Shown one piece after another: positions 1 to 12,100 of a stretch of DNA of 64,000 nt (positions are counted from its first letter, which is position 1; the number at the start of each line of letters is the position of its first letter). A model generated the notes under the pieces. It did not search any database, was not told the DNA's origin, and worked only from the letters and a program-made list of their open reading frames with translations. Both the position numbers and the translations under genes were made by a program. Location of the stretch: the NCBI GenBank assembly GCA_023213395.1, contig CM041465.1, positions 149,613,741-149,677,740 on the forward strand, written 5' to 3'. This DNA comes from Cycas panzhihuaensis (lineage: Eukaryota; Plantae; Cycadophyta).

Positions 1-1595
1 TCATTGCATGGAGCCATTTCCATCTCATTTTCTTGCATGAGGCTCTACTACCTTATTCTCTTGTAAGGGACATGCAACAACACCTCATAGGCATTGGTTG
101 GACCGCTACTCTAAGCTTCCAAGGACCTACATGCTCTCATTTCTCACCATTAGAGGTATTTGGTGTCATTTCTTAAGTGTTTTTACTTGCTTTTTTGTAT
201 TATTTTACTTGCAACTCTTTGCTTCCTTTTGTATATGCATTTTCTTGGTTTCCCCTTAGCTATTTCATGCAAGGAACCATAGTATTTGTGGCCTATTAGA
301 GTGTTATCCAAGGATAGGCTTAGTTTCCCATTTTTTCTTCCACTCATCCTTCTTCTCCCATCATTCTCTTTCGCCATTTCTTGGGCAAACCGGCATAAAG
401 GGTTACACGAGGGTTTGAGGGAGTTTAGGCGGGGTTCCGTCCCCCATTGCCGTCCTACTCCCCAAGGGTTCCGTCCCTTTTCCTCTCCCCCTTTATTTCC
501 CGCTTTTGCTTAAGGAATAGGGCTAGAGAGGCTTTGGAGAATCGGTTGAGTGCTCACCTTGGCATATGCTACCCGTTGCTCCATGATCTTTTTGTCGCAT
601 GCTAGCATCATTTCCCTTACATTCTGTGGAGACCTCTCGTGGGTGAGTTAGCCATCTCGAGGCTATACTCAACCCCATTCGGGGTGCGTTTGTGGTGTGT
701 GACCTTGGCATGCCTATCGTGTGACTTTGTTTCTTTTTATTACATGATAGTGCTTAACTATGTCCTTTTAGCTTAGTTTGCTTTACTTGCAACATATATA
801 CATATATCTTTTGTATCCCGTAGCCTCTCTTGCGAGAGGAAGGTATTCTGCTTATTTGCTGCAGGAGCGTTCGGAACGAAGGGGCGCATAGGGTCGACCA
901 TTCTTGGGTCGGCTTGTTTGGTGCGTTCTCCCTCTGTTTATGTCGCTTTGAGCTTTATTTTACATCATTTCGATCTAGTTAGTGTTTATTTGCTTTCGGG
1001 GAGGTAAGTGATCCCCATCACGCTTGCAACCGTCGCATACGAGGAGGGCGACGGGAGGAAGCGCAACCGTGGGCGGACACTGCGTCTCATTAACCGCCGG
1101 ATCCGGTATTCTCGCTCACCTTCCATACTCCTTTTCGTGCTCTTCGTTTCTTTACATTTGCTTTAGTAGTTAAAGAACATAAGAAAAAGGGGAAGAAATA
1201 ACTATTTATTTTGTACTTGCTTTTACTCTGCATTTGCTTTACTTGCACATTTCTTTGCTATACCCGCGTATTATGGTATTTGAGATCCTTTGGACCGATC
1301 CCTCCTTAGCGCTCTTGCACATATCTTACTGCGACATGTTTGGTTGGTTACCCTTCGCCGCTTTCTCATTGCCTTGAGAAGTAGCGGCGTCAGTTCCTTT
1401 TCCCCTTCCGGCCATCCGAAGGGTAGGAGGGTCTCGCCTTGCACGGCTACACAGAGCAACCAGCACCTTGCGATCCGTGCATCGCCTCCGGCCGCGGACG
1501 TCCGCGGTATGATCCTCGTTCTTTAGCCTATTAGCCTTGTGGTTTTGTGTCCTTCCCGCTAGGCGTTGGATCATTGCCCCGTGGAGAGCGTTTCA
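1..1595 (+). repeat. 5' LTR (partial) of the Tat element
   Basis: Aligns to 7486-9101 at an initial offset of 7485, ends in CA and is followed by the PBS. Confidence 0.9.
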
Positions 1596-1596
1596 C

Positions 1597-1605
1597 TGGC
1601 GACCA
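1597..1605 (+). promoter_or_regulatory. Primer-binding site, probably tRNA-Arg
   Basis: TGGCGACCA one base after the LTR end. TGGCGAC is the tRNA-Arg-type PBS typical of Tat/Ogre elements. Confidence 0.75.
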
Positions 1606-1864
1606 TCTTTGAGGGCCGATGAGGGCTAAATCCGCCTCCCCTTCTTGTGGTGCTCTTGCCTTTAGGTGAGTCCGCGTTCCGTGGTCCTAGTTGGGTAAAC
1701 CCCAACGTGTTTGCATTACCCCCTTTCTTCTTTCGTCTCGTTTCTTCTAACGCCGCTCGTAAGGGCGTTGCATGCGACGTTTCTCGCGTCGTTTGCGAGG
1801 CTTGCCGCCGCTGTCGGAAGACCGAGCGTCTTGTCCCGTTCCATTGTCGAATCCCAATTCGACC

Positions 1865-4486
1865 ATGGAAGGTTATCCCTCCGATTGGGCCTCTGGTCCC
1901 ATGAGTTCGGAGCTCGGGAGTTCCCTCGTCATCCGGGAATCCGCCCATGAGGGCGATGATTCCATATACTACCCGGACGACCATTTCCACCCGGATGACT
2001 TTAGACCTTCCGCCCAAGCGGCAGATGATTCGGGCCCTCATGAGACTCACCACTCTGCTGGCGAGCCTTACGAGGGACGCCCCGAAGGTCCCCCCACTTT
2101 CGAAGTCCCTTCGACCTCGTATGGCTATGAGGATACCCCTCCCGCCGACGCGGTCGAGGCGCGGGCGGTATTTTCGGCGATTCGCCAACCGCCTCCTCGT
2201 TGGTTCGAAGAGATCCTGCGCACCGTGGCGTCTCCTCCGTCCGCGCCTGCGTCGTCTCGACGATCGGGCGCTCTACCCACAGCATCGTCTTATCTTGGGT
2301 CTACCCGCCAAAGGCGAGTGTTGCGCCGGTTGTCCCTAATCGCGGTCCTACTTCCTCGGGACCCGCTCGTAGTGTCTTGGTTCCGCAACTCGGGGTTAGC
2401 ATACCTTGTCCCAACCAAACGCACGTGCCACCTCCGAACGTGGCACATGCGTTCCCTAGTAGGCCTCGGGGTCCTACTAGTGCCGCCACTGCTAGCCATG
2501 TAGGACCCGCTCCTACATGCGTTCAGAACCCGGTTGGTGGTCCTTCCCTTTATGTCCCCCCAGGCTATACGTCGCAGCCTTGGGGGCAGAGCAAGGGAAA
2601 CCACCTCCCTGTTTATGGAGTGGACCCGTTACACCCTTATGGGGTCGCACCGCCCACGGGCGGCCCATATGGGCAGAACCCGGTCCCTCATCCTCCATTT
2701 CCGGCGTCCAGCGCGACTCCTGTTGCTACGTCAACACAAGGGAGCGCGCCTCCTTTTCAGAGTTTCTACCCGCAGCCCCCTTTCCAACAAGGGGCCTCTT
2801 TCCCGGGAGGGACGGGTATGCAATCCCCGTCCATCCCTTTGACGGCTTTCGATCCCTTAGCCCAGGCAAGGACACGCCCTTTCGTGGACTATAGGTCGAC
2901 GCCCCTATCCGTTGAGGCGTTGAGGACTAACTTGCCGCCTCATCCTCCTGAAGTCCCCAAATTTGATGGGACTTCGTCGCAGGACCCAACCGAGCATGTG
3001 CGCAGCTTTTCCATGGCGTGCATTGACTACTGGGCCTACGACCACATCTTGATGAAGCTCTTCCCGCGGTCCTTGCAGGGCAACGCCCTCAAGTGGTTTT
3101 ACCGCCTCCCTGCCCATTCGATCTCCTCATTCCAGCAGCTGGTGGACGAGTTCGTCAACTATTTCGACGTAGCTCGTCCATTCGAGAGTGGAATGAAGGC
3201 GCTTTTGTCGCTCAAACAAGGTCACGATGAGATGAACCGTGACTTTGTGCGACGCTTCCACGACCTCCTTCACTCCACCAAGGCCACATTGCCTGAGGAG
3301 TTGAAGAGGGATCTCTTTGTCAATGCACTTCGTCCTGAGGTGCATGTGGAAGTCCTCAAGATGGGGGCAACCACATGCGACTCCGCCATCTCGAGGTGTT
3401 TAGCTTTGGAGGCCATTGAGATCCAAGCAGGACTCAAGAAACCTCCCAAGCCCTTGCAACGTCGCGAGGCACCCCCTCCAGCGAAGGAGACCACACCTTG
3501 ACGGCTAGGTCCACCTCTCACCCCGTGAGAGGACCCTAGATCCCCTTACTTCTGCCATTCGCTCATTCGAGCGCACGATGAAGGAGTTGAAACTCCAACC
3601 TCCTTCATCGCCAACCTCCCACAGACCCGTCCAGCAGACTTCTCGTGCGGCACCCCCCACAGGGGGTGACACCCAACCTTCGCAAGCAAGGAGGATCGAT
3701 CCTTCCCTTGAGAAGAGGTGGTGTTCCATCCACGGGGAGTGCTTCCATGACGACGCGCGTTGCCGGGCCCAGCACCCACGCGACGCTCCGCCGCGCAACT
3801 CGTCCCCTAGGTGCACATCGAGGCCTAACCTCGATCAGCCCATTCATAGAGACCCGTTCCCCAAACATGGGGACCGTGGTCGCGATGTCCAGCAAAGGAA
3901 CAGCTGGAATCGGGATAGGTCTTCCGATTCCCACCCTTCGCATGGTAGAGGGAAGGGTGTGCGCAGGTCGCCTTCCCTTTCGCGCTCCCCTGACCGCCGT
4001 GCTCCTTCGCCTTGACCCCGCTATAAGGGAAGAAGGTTGTCCAATTGCTTGAGACCACCCGTTATATGCCTTAACGGTCCCAAGGCGCTAAAGAGGCAAT
4101 GGTGCCTCTTCATCCACATCTCACCTTGATCCTCCTCAGGGCTATTCCTCAGGAGATTCCGCGCTTCCCAAGACTATTCCCGTCCATACGGTAGATTCGA
4201 CTTTAGAAGGGCGCTTACCCAACCCACGGGGAAGGGTAAGCCCTTTTCTATCGTTGATGAGCTCTACACCGTTGCTGCGGGAATGTCCTTGATGGACGTC
4301 TTGAGAAGCTGCCCTGAGCAACGTGCTCTTCTTCTTGAAGCTCTTGGCCAACAAGATGCTTCCATCCATGCGATAGGTGCTACCTCCCATGGGCCACCTG
4401 TCATCTCATTTGATCCTAGAGATCTCCCATCTCCCAACAAGCGGGAGAAGCTTTTGCATTACCCGTCATTACCATTGACACTCTGA
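1865..4486 (+). pseudogene. gag: gag polyprotein, broken by frameshifts and stops
   Basis: ORF 2200-3501 has Retrotrans_gag motifs PKFDGTSSQDPTEHVRSF and LFPRSLQGNALKWFYRLP. ORF 3578-4015 has a C-x2-H-x4-H-x4-C knuckle (WCSIHGECFHDDARC). ORF 4283 has SLMDVLRSCPEQRALLLEAL. Confidence 0.85.
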
Positions 4487-4499
4487 TTGTGTCATAAAG

Positions 4500-4830
4500 A
4501 GGACCATTGTAGATAATGGCTCCTCGGTCAATGCTATGCTTTGTCGTATGCTCAAGGAGCTAGGCATAGTAGCTCTTAGTCATCCCTTGGAAATGCCAAG
4601 CGTATGATGGGGCTGAAGTCCCTCCGGGGCGATCTCCTATCCCTCACCTTAGGAGGAAAACCGTTTACATCGAGATTCTTTGTACTCGATGTCGATGTAG
4701 AGTACAACCTCTTGTTGGGCCGACCATGGCTCGACCAGATGGGAGCAATCTGCTCCACGCAGTGGGGGCAACTTAAATTTGTCCATGAAGGACGAGTTAA
4801 AGTTGTCGCCCGTGAGCCAATGCCGTCTCA
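4500..4830 (+). pseudogene. Aspartic protease of the Tat element
   Basis: IVDNGSSVN catalytic motif at about 4506-4532, and YNLLLGRPWLDQMGA in ORF 4604-5494. Confidence 0.85.
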
Positions 4831-5471
4831 CACCTCTCATCCAGCCTGCCAGGCTGTTTTCGATGATGAAGATAGTGATCCTGAGGAGGCTACCCCTTTC
4901 GTGGGACCTTTATTTCAGGAGAACGACCTTCATCAGTCAGACCCTATGCCATGTCATGAGCCAAACCTAGTTAGGTTTGCCCCTATTGGCGTAGGTGGTT
5001 ACGGTTGCTTGCCCGTCACGGATGATTCTGATTCGGATAACGAGGGTTATGGGCCCTCTTCTCGACGTGTCACCCTGGTTTCGCAAGTACCTAGGGGAAT
5101 ATCTCGATCAGATATTCCCGCTCTTCCTCATTCTACATTGGCTCCTGAGCCCGCGGTCTTAAACCAGCCATTTATTTTACCTTCTCGGCCTCCTCGAGCG
5201 GTTTCACGTAGGCGCCCACGTCGACGAGCCACTCGTAGAGGCGCTTCTTCTTCACGCTCTAGATCCTTACCTCGGACTAAAGCCACTCTTACTCGTATGC
5301 AACCCTGCCACGCGATCCATTGTGTGCCAGGTCCGTTGCGCTCATCTGGTTCCGACCATAGTAAATTTACTAGTAAGCCTAACGATACTGGACCTACTCT
5401 TCGTCACCTATCTCCTACCCTGCGTATGACTACCCCTACCTTTATGGGGTCTGGGCATACCTCTTCCTCTC

Positions 5472-5815
5472 TTCTTGCTCCGAAACGAGCTTAAACTACC
5501 ATTTTAAATTGTTTCCATTCCTCCCAACCACGGGTTGAATGGCAATTTAAGATGGATTCTTGCTCAAAGCGAGCTTAAACTACCATTTTAAATTGTTTCC
5601 ATTCCTCCCAACCACGGGTTGAATGGCAATTTAAGATGGATTCTTGCTCCGAAACGAGCTTAAACTACCATTTTAAATTGTTTCCATTCCTCCCAACCAC
5701 GGGTTGAATGGCAATTTAAGATGGATTCCTGCTCCGAAACGAGCCTAAACTACCATTTTAAATTGTTTCCATTCCTCCCAACCACGGGTAGAATGGCGGT
5801 TTAAGATGGATTCCT
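5472..5815 (+). repeat. Tandem repeat, 4 x 84-85 bp
   Basis: GAGC(T/C)TAAACTACC recurs at 5487, 5571, 5656 and 5741. Confidence 0.95.
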
Positions 5816-5819
5816 CTTC

Positions 5820-6215
5820 GGTTTTGCTTCCGGTTCCTCCCGTGGAACCCGCGTTCCCGTACCTCTTGGGAACCTTTGTCCTCCTATTTGGGCATTCCCT
5901 AACCTAGGACGACGCTGCGGAGTATCGTTACTCCCCTTTTCGTGCTTGTTGTTTCCCTCGCATATTCCGCTATGCTCCCCTATGGACGTGCATGTCGCCC
6001 TATCTTCTAACCTCACGCCTCTCGATCACCTCTGCTCACGGTGGATGCGTGTGCTCCTGTTAGACGTATGGCCATGCATGGACGGAAACACCTGCATATT
6101 TACAAAACTTTACAACAAAATATATACATTTACATATTTACAAAATCTACATATTCAGCATATCCCGAGGCACCTCAATGCTGAGGCCGACAGCCTCGTC
6201 CGCCTCATCCTTGAG
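5820..6215 (+). pseudogene. Degenerate archaeal-type RNase H (aRH)
   Basis: Ordered motif remnants GSSRG (about 5832), DAAEYR (about 5911) and IQHIPRHLNAEADSL (about 6153-6197) match DGxSRGNPG / NxAEY / HIPRxxNxxADxL. Confidence 0.65.
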
Positions 6216-7485
6216 CGTCGCCTCCCTCTTCTCGATGACCGCCGTTGAGGCTTGCCTGGCCAGCCCGTGCCCAGGTCTCTAGTTGCTGGTTAGTTAGATG
6301 CGCTTGCCCTGTTTGCTGGATGCCCTCCTGCTTCATATTGTGCCTTGGTAGCAGGGCATCCGTTCTTCTTGCTTCCGGTTTAGTGCGATGTTTAGGCGGC
6401 GTGGCGGCCCTACGTTGTCCTCCTCTCTGCCGCCCTTGTCCACGCGTTCCGCCATGACACTTGCCTACGCCCTTGGACCACGTGTTGATCTTTGATGTTT
6501 ATATATATGCATGTGCTACTCATGTTTCTTGGTTGACAGCATTCGCCATCACATTACGCTTAGGCGGTGAGGCTCTGCGCCAGGCGATGTTCCAGTATTG
6601 GGAATGGACTTGCGACACATCGACAGGTTTGTCTGCAGTATATGCCTTTACTTTGCTTGCTTATGATCGCGATGGTGGGAATGGTTTGCTTGACATGTGC
6701 CCCCCATATGCACTGTTTGATTGCTTGTTCATTATGCATGTGCCTAACGGCACCTTTTAGCCTATGACGACTCACAAATGGGCATTCATTAGCGAATGCA
6801 ACACCAGTATGGCATACGACCACTCACGATGTCTCCATGGTCTTTTGGGATGCTTTTTCTAGCCTGTTTATTCTTGTTGCCACATGCCGCTTATGTTGCA
6901 AACCCTTTCTAAGCTCGGTTTAACCCTTAGTTAGGTCTTTTTGCACCGCTTGAGTACTTGCCCATGGCCTAAAACTGCTCTTAACTAATGTATTTTGAGT
7001 TTAACCTATGGTTTTAGCTTAAAACACGATTTCTTGCTTTAATTTTCCTGTTTTTGAGTTTGGTCCGTCTGCAAACTAAGCGATCACGGAGTTTCCAGTG
7101 ATGCTGCTAAGTTTGATCTGCTTGAAATTTGAAAAAGAGAAACCACGACGATGGCGCGATTTTTCGCGAATCGCGTGGCTCTAATCAGTTGGGCGCCTGG
7201 GGCCCCAACGCGTTCACTGCTTCACTCAAGACATAAAACCATTTTTTCATTCATTGGCTTCATTATTCACCTCACTTTTCAAGTTTCACGGGCATTTTCT
7301 TCACAAAAGACAAAGAACAAAAGCGGTGATAAGAGACATCCTTCTACAATTTGTGGACGGAGGCACCAAGGGCTGCTATTCTTTGGAGATCTGAGGCCAT
7401 TCTGCCCCTCACGGAGCTCCAATACAAGCACTCTTCCTCCTCACACATATTGAAGGCTCCCAAGAGGATTTTGCACCAAGAAAGA

Positions 7486-9101
7486 TCATTGCATGGAGCC
7501 ATTTCCATCTCATTTTCTTGCATGAGGCTCTACTACCTTATTCTCTTGCAAGGGACATGCAACAACACCTCATAGGCATTGGTTGGACCGCTACTCTAAG
7601 CTTCCAAGGACCTACATGCTCTCATTTCTCACCATTAGAGGTATTTGGTGTCATTTCTTAAGTGTTTTTACTTGCTTTTTTGTATTATTTTACTTGCAAC
7701 TCTTTGCTTCCTTTTGTATATGCATTTTCTTGGTTTCCCCTTAGCTATTTGATGCAAGGAACCATAGTATTTGTGCCCTATTAGAGTGTTATCCAAGGAT
7801 AGGCTTAGTTTCCCATTTTTTCTTCCACTCATCCTTCTTCTCCCATCCTTCTCTTTCGCCATTTCTTGGGCAAACCGGCATAAAGGGTTACACGAGGGTT
7901 TGAGGGAGTTTAGGCGGGGTTCCGTCCCCCATTGCCGTCCTACTCCCCAAGGGTTCCGTCCCTTTTCCTCTCCCCCTTTATTTCCCGCTTTTGCTTAAGG
8001 AATAGGGCTAGAGAGGCTTTGGAGAATCGGTTGAGTGCTCACCTTGGCATATGCTACCCGTTGCTCCATGATCTTTTTGTCGCATGCTAGCATCATTTCC
8101 CTTACATTCTGTGGAGACCTCTCGTGGGTGAGTTAGCCATCCCGAGGCTATACTCAACCCCATTCGGGGTGCGTTTGTGGTGTGTGACCTTGGCATGCCT
8201 ATCGTGTGACTTTGTTTCTTTTTATTGCATGATAGTGCTTAACTATGTCCTTTTAGCTTAGTTTGCTTTACTTGCAACATATATACATATATCTTTTGTA
8301 TCCCGTAGCCTCTCTTGCGAGAGGAAGGTATTACCTTATTCTTTGCGGAGGCGTTGAAGCGAAGGCGCATAGGGTCGACCATTCTTGGGTCGACGCTTGT
8401 TTGGTGCGTTCTCCCTCTGTTTATGTCGCTTTGAGCTTTATTTTCTGTCATTTCAGTCTAGTTAGTGTTTATTTGCTTTCGGGGAGGTAAGTGATCCCCC
8501 ATCACCGCTTGACCAAGCGTCGCATCTGAGGAGGACGGCGGGAGGAAGCGCAGCAGGTGAGCCGGACACTGCGTCTCGGCCAGTGGCGGATCCAGGTATT
8601 CTCCGCTCACCTTCCATACTCCTTTTTCGTGCTCTTACGTTTCTTTACATTTGCTTTAGTAGTTAAAGAACATAAGAAAAAGGGGAAGAAATAACTATTT
8701 ATTTTGTACTTGCTTTTTACTCTGCATTTGCTTTACTTGCACATTTCTTTGCTATACCCCGCGTATTATGGTATTTGAGATCCTTTGACCGATCCCTCCT
8801 TAGCCGCTCTTGCACATATCTTACCTGCAACACGTTTGGTTGGTTACCCCTTCGCCGCTTTCTCATTGCCTTGAGAAGTAGCGGCGTGTGAGTTTCCTTT
8901 TCCCCTTCCCGGCCATCCGAAGGGTAGGAGGGTCTCGCCTTGCAGGGCTACCTGAAGCAACCAGCACCTTGCGGCCTCTGCACTCCGGCCTCGGCCAAGA
9001 CGGACGTCCGCGGTATGATCCTCGTTCTTTAGCCTATTAGCCCTGTGGTTTTGTGTCCTTCCCGCTAGGCGTTGGATCATTGCCCCGTGGAGAGCGTTTC
9101 A
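7486..9101 (+). repeat. 3' LTR of the Tat element (true start lies upstream of 7486, not determinable)
   Basis: Copy of 1-1595 ending TTTCA at 9101. The flank GTTAC is the predicted TSD. Confidence 0.9.
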
Positions 9102-12100
9102 GTTACCATTTAGTTTATTCCTCAAGCTCTTAATACTATAGTTTCTTTTATCTTCAATAACTATCTTGGATAGATTTCATTCCATGGTGGGGGCATATTA
9201 CTCTAGAATAAGTATAAACTACTACTCCGTAAAGAGTATAAAATATAGGTCTTTAAAAAAATAGAAGTAAGAGTTTTATAAAGGTTAAATGAATAGATTC
9301 AAAATAATATGAAGTGTTAGAAAAGATAGACCCATGTGGGAATCATGAGCCGAAGAGGATCTTAGCAGGGGATAAGTCCCTAAAAGCCTCTTGCCCCTAA
9401 AAGGATCCAATGAAGAATCTTATATACTTGGGAAACAAGTTGTTTATCAAATGGAATTCCTCTTATATTTTTTAAATAACTTGTTTCTCTTAAGATTTAT
9501 TATATAAATATGGACTTTTATCTATGTTTGTATAATTTATCCTAAGTATGATGTGAATGATATTGGTCTTTCTTCTTTAGAAGGCTTATATTATTCCATC
9601 TTCCACTCTTATAAACTTATTACTGCTTGATTTTCAAATGGTTTTAGGTTTATTGAAATAAAATTGGTAAATCTTTTCCATCTACTCCCTTCCATCTTTT
9701 AATATATTTTCTTTCCCTTATTTTCCTTATATCCTTTTTTAAGACCTCCTCCTACTTTGAAATAAGTAAAAACTATCATGTACATATCAATATAAAAAAA
9801 ATGACAAAATATATAAAAAAAAAATTCTTCTTTTATATACTTTTATAATCAATCACATTGATGAATATATATATATCTTATACAATATGTATAATGTGGA
9901 ATAATGGGGGAATGACTTAGAGTCAATGTTCATCCACACATTCACACAAAAAATAATCAAAATGGTATATATATGAATATAATAAAATCATATAGCCATC
10001 ATAATATATATATCCCACAATGTGGCTCATGGAACATTATTAGAGGCTGTTAAAATGCCTCATATATCCCCGTTGTCTCCTCTCTATATATAATATACTC
10101 ATATCTATGAGCCATAGTGAGATCTACCCTATCCTCTATCTGGCTTCATCTTCTCCTCCTAGCTTAGAGTCTGCTAATGTATTGATTCCTTCTTAAATGG
10201 AAGTTGTCTCCCCTATTGCACTGCCATGCTCTAAGATGGAGTAAATCGCCCCCCTACATGCACTAGGGTCACCCTATAAAGATGATACCTCTCATCCTCT
10301 TCTACCTTGATTTTAGTCTCTTAGAGTCTTAGCTCTATCCTACTATCTTAGTACATACCCGAAGCCCTCAAGGTAGAGCCAAAATACTTTATTTGATTGC
10401 CTAGCAGAGTTTGATTGATTGCATTCTATGCTAGAGGCTCCTCTATTATCAATGCACATGGGAAGATTGAATCTAATAATCTTTGTATCTTTGATAAAGA
10501 TAAACTTATCTCACCTATAATATGAATCATATATAATCATGATCAATCCCCAATCAAATAAGAGAAGAAAATTAAAGGAAAACTACAAATCAGAAAATAT
10601 TAAATAACAATAACAAACATACCTCTTAGCTTAGCTCCTTTTGGTGGCTCTATTACCATCTCCTCTCTTGGCTATAATTCCACTTCTCCCCAAGGCTCTT
10701 AAGGAGCCTCTTGAGGACGTTGTCCTCCTCCATATCTCCCCATATCTCATCCAACTCCCTGTCCATCTATAGAGCCTGCTCCTCCTCCACCTTATGCTCT
10801 CCCTATCTCTTGGAGTATGTCTCTTCGTCCTCTATCCCCTTTACCAGTTGATCCCTCACCTCCCTCTCCTCTTCCTCTACATTCACCTAGTTGTTGGTCC
10901 CTCCCTCCACTCTCTTGCAGAATCCAATAACTAATCAAATCTTGGAGGATCTTATATTCCATTACTAGCTAAGTTGATCTACTCACTTCAAATAACCCAC
11001 ATTATTTGAATTAACCCCAATCTTCCTCTATCAACTTGTTAACTAGTTATTTCATTACTAATCCCTTATTCTTTCAAGTTTTAATCCTCTCTAGGGCCTA
11101 CATCACATAAAAAGGATTTAATTAGAATCAAATTTCACTTAGAAAATTTTTAGATTTATTTTATTTTTCTTTTTTGAATGAAAAATGTGATTACATAGTA
11201 AAAAATGTGATTTCACAGTAAAAATATATAATTTTTTTTTTTTCATATTGTAAAATCATATTTTTAGCCTATTTGTCATGTTTTTGGTAATATTCCTATA
11301 TTTTTGGTCTATATTACTATGTTTTTCAACCTAAAATTTAAATAAATTTGTTTGTCAAAAAGTAACTTACTAGATGTCTAGCTATGTAATACATCATCTT
11401 GAATTTGACCTTCTGGAATTAATCCTACCCTTAAATAATCCCTCTATCACCTCCATCAGTTAAGAAACAACTATTGGTATCATCATTTTCCAACTCACAT
11501 CAATGGAAATGAAATGAAAGACTTTCTAGTTTCATTATGAAAAGGGGGCCCCCTTTGCTTTTTTCTAGTAAATTATTTTCTTTATTTTATTATACCTATT
11601 TAAGACAACGTGACTCCTCTTTGGTAATCATTCTTAAGTAAGACTTCCCTAAATTTAATATTTTCATGTTTTTTCATCAATTAAGGTAGTTTTCATTCTT
11701 AAATTATAAACCCTTTTATTATGATAACTTTGGCAATTCAAATATGGTATCCTTTACTCGTCTTGATGCCCATTTTGGTTCATCTTTCAATCACCAAAGT
11801 GATTTGAACCTTCTTACCTATTAAAGATCTAAAACTAAAATGGCCTCACGGTTTGAAATTTGATTGTTGATGAGCTTAGACTATGATAATAAAGCTCTAA
11901 AACTTTATTTGCTAATGTATTTAAACTATGATGAATCCATTTAGTTCTAAAAAGTCACCTATTAACGAGCTCTTAAACTATGATAGTTCTTTCTTTATGC
12001 TTCAACAAAAGGACCTTGCCTCCAAACATGGTTAATAAGAAAAAAACTATGACCATCTATGTTACTAAGTGCCATCTAATCAATGGGTATACTTAGCAGT

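Larger units (their letters stand above)
1..9101 (+). mobile_element. Tat/Ogre-type Ty3/Gypsy LTR retrotransposon, non-autonomous (gag-protease-aRH remnant, no RT/INT); 5' end lies outside the window
   Basis: Direct repeat 1-1595 versus 7486-9101, both ending ...GAGAGCGTTTCA. PBS follows the first copy, and gag and protease motifs lie inside. Confidence 0.9.

Noticed and set aside
183-1574. Short ORFs within the LTR, duplicated at 7668-9080
   Set aside because: No recognisable domains; the duplication simply reflects the LTR pair.
1571-4058. Overlapping minus-strand and alternate-frame ORFs over gag
   Set aside because: Expected shadow ORFs in GC-rich coding DNA.
5472-5815. CRISPR-like or tRNA array
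   Set aside because: The units are near-identical 85-mers with no unique spacers and no cloverleaf.
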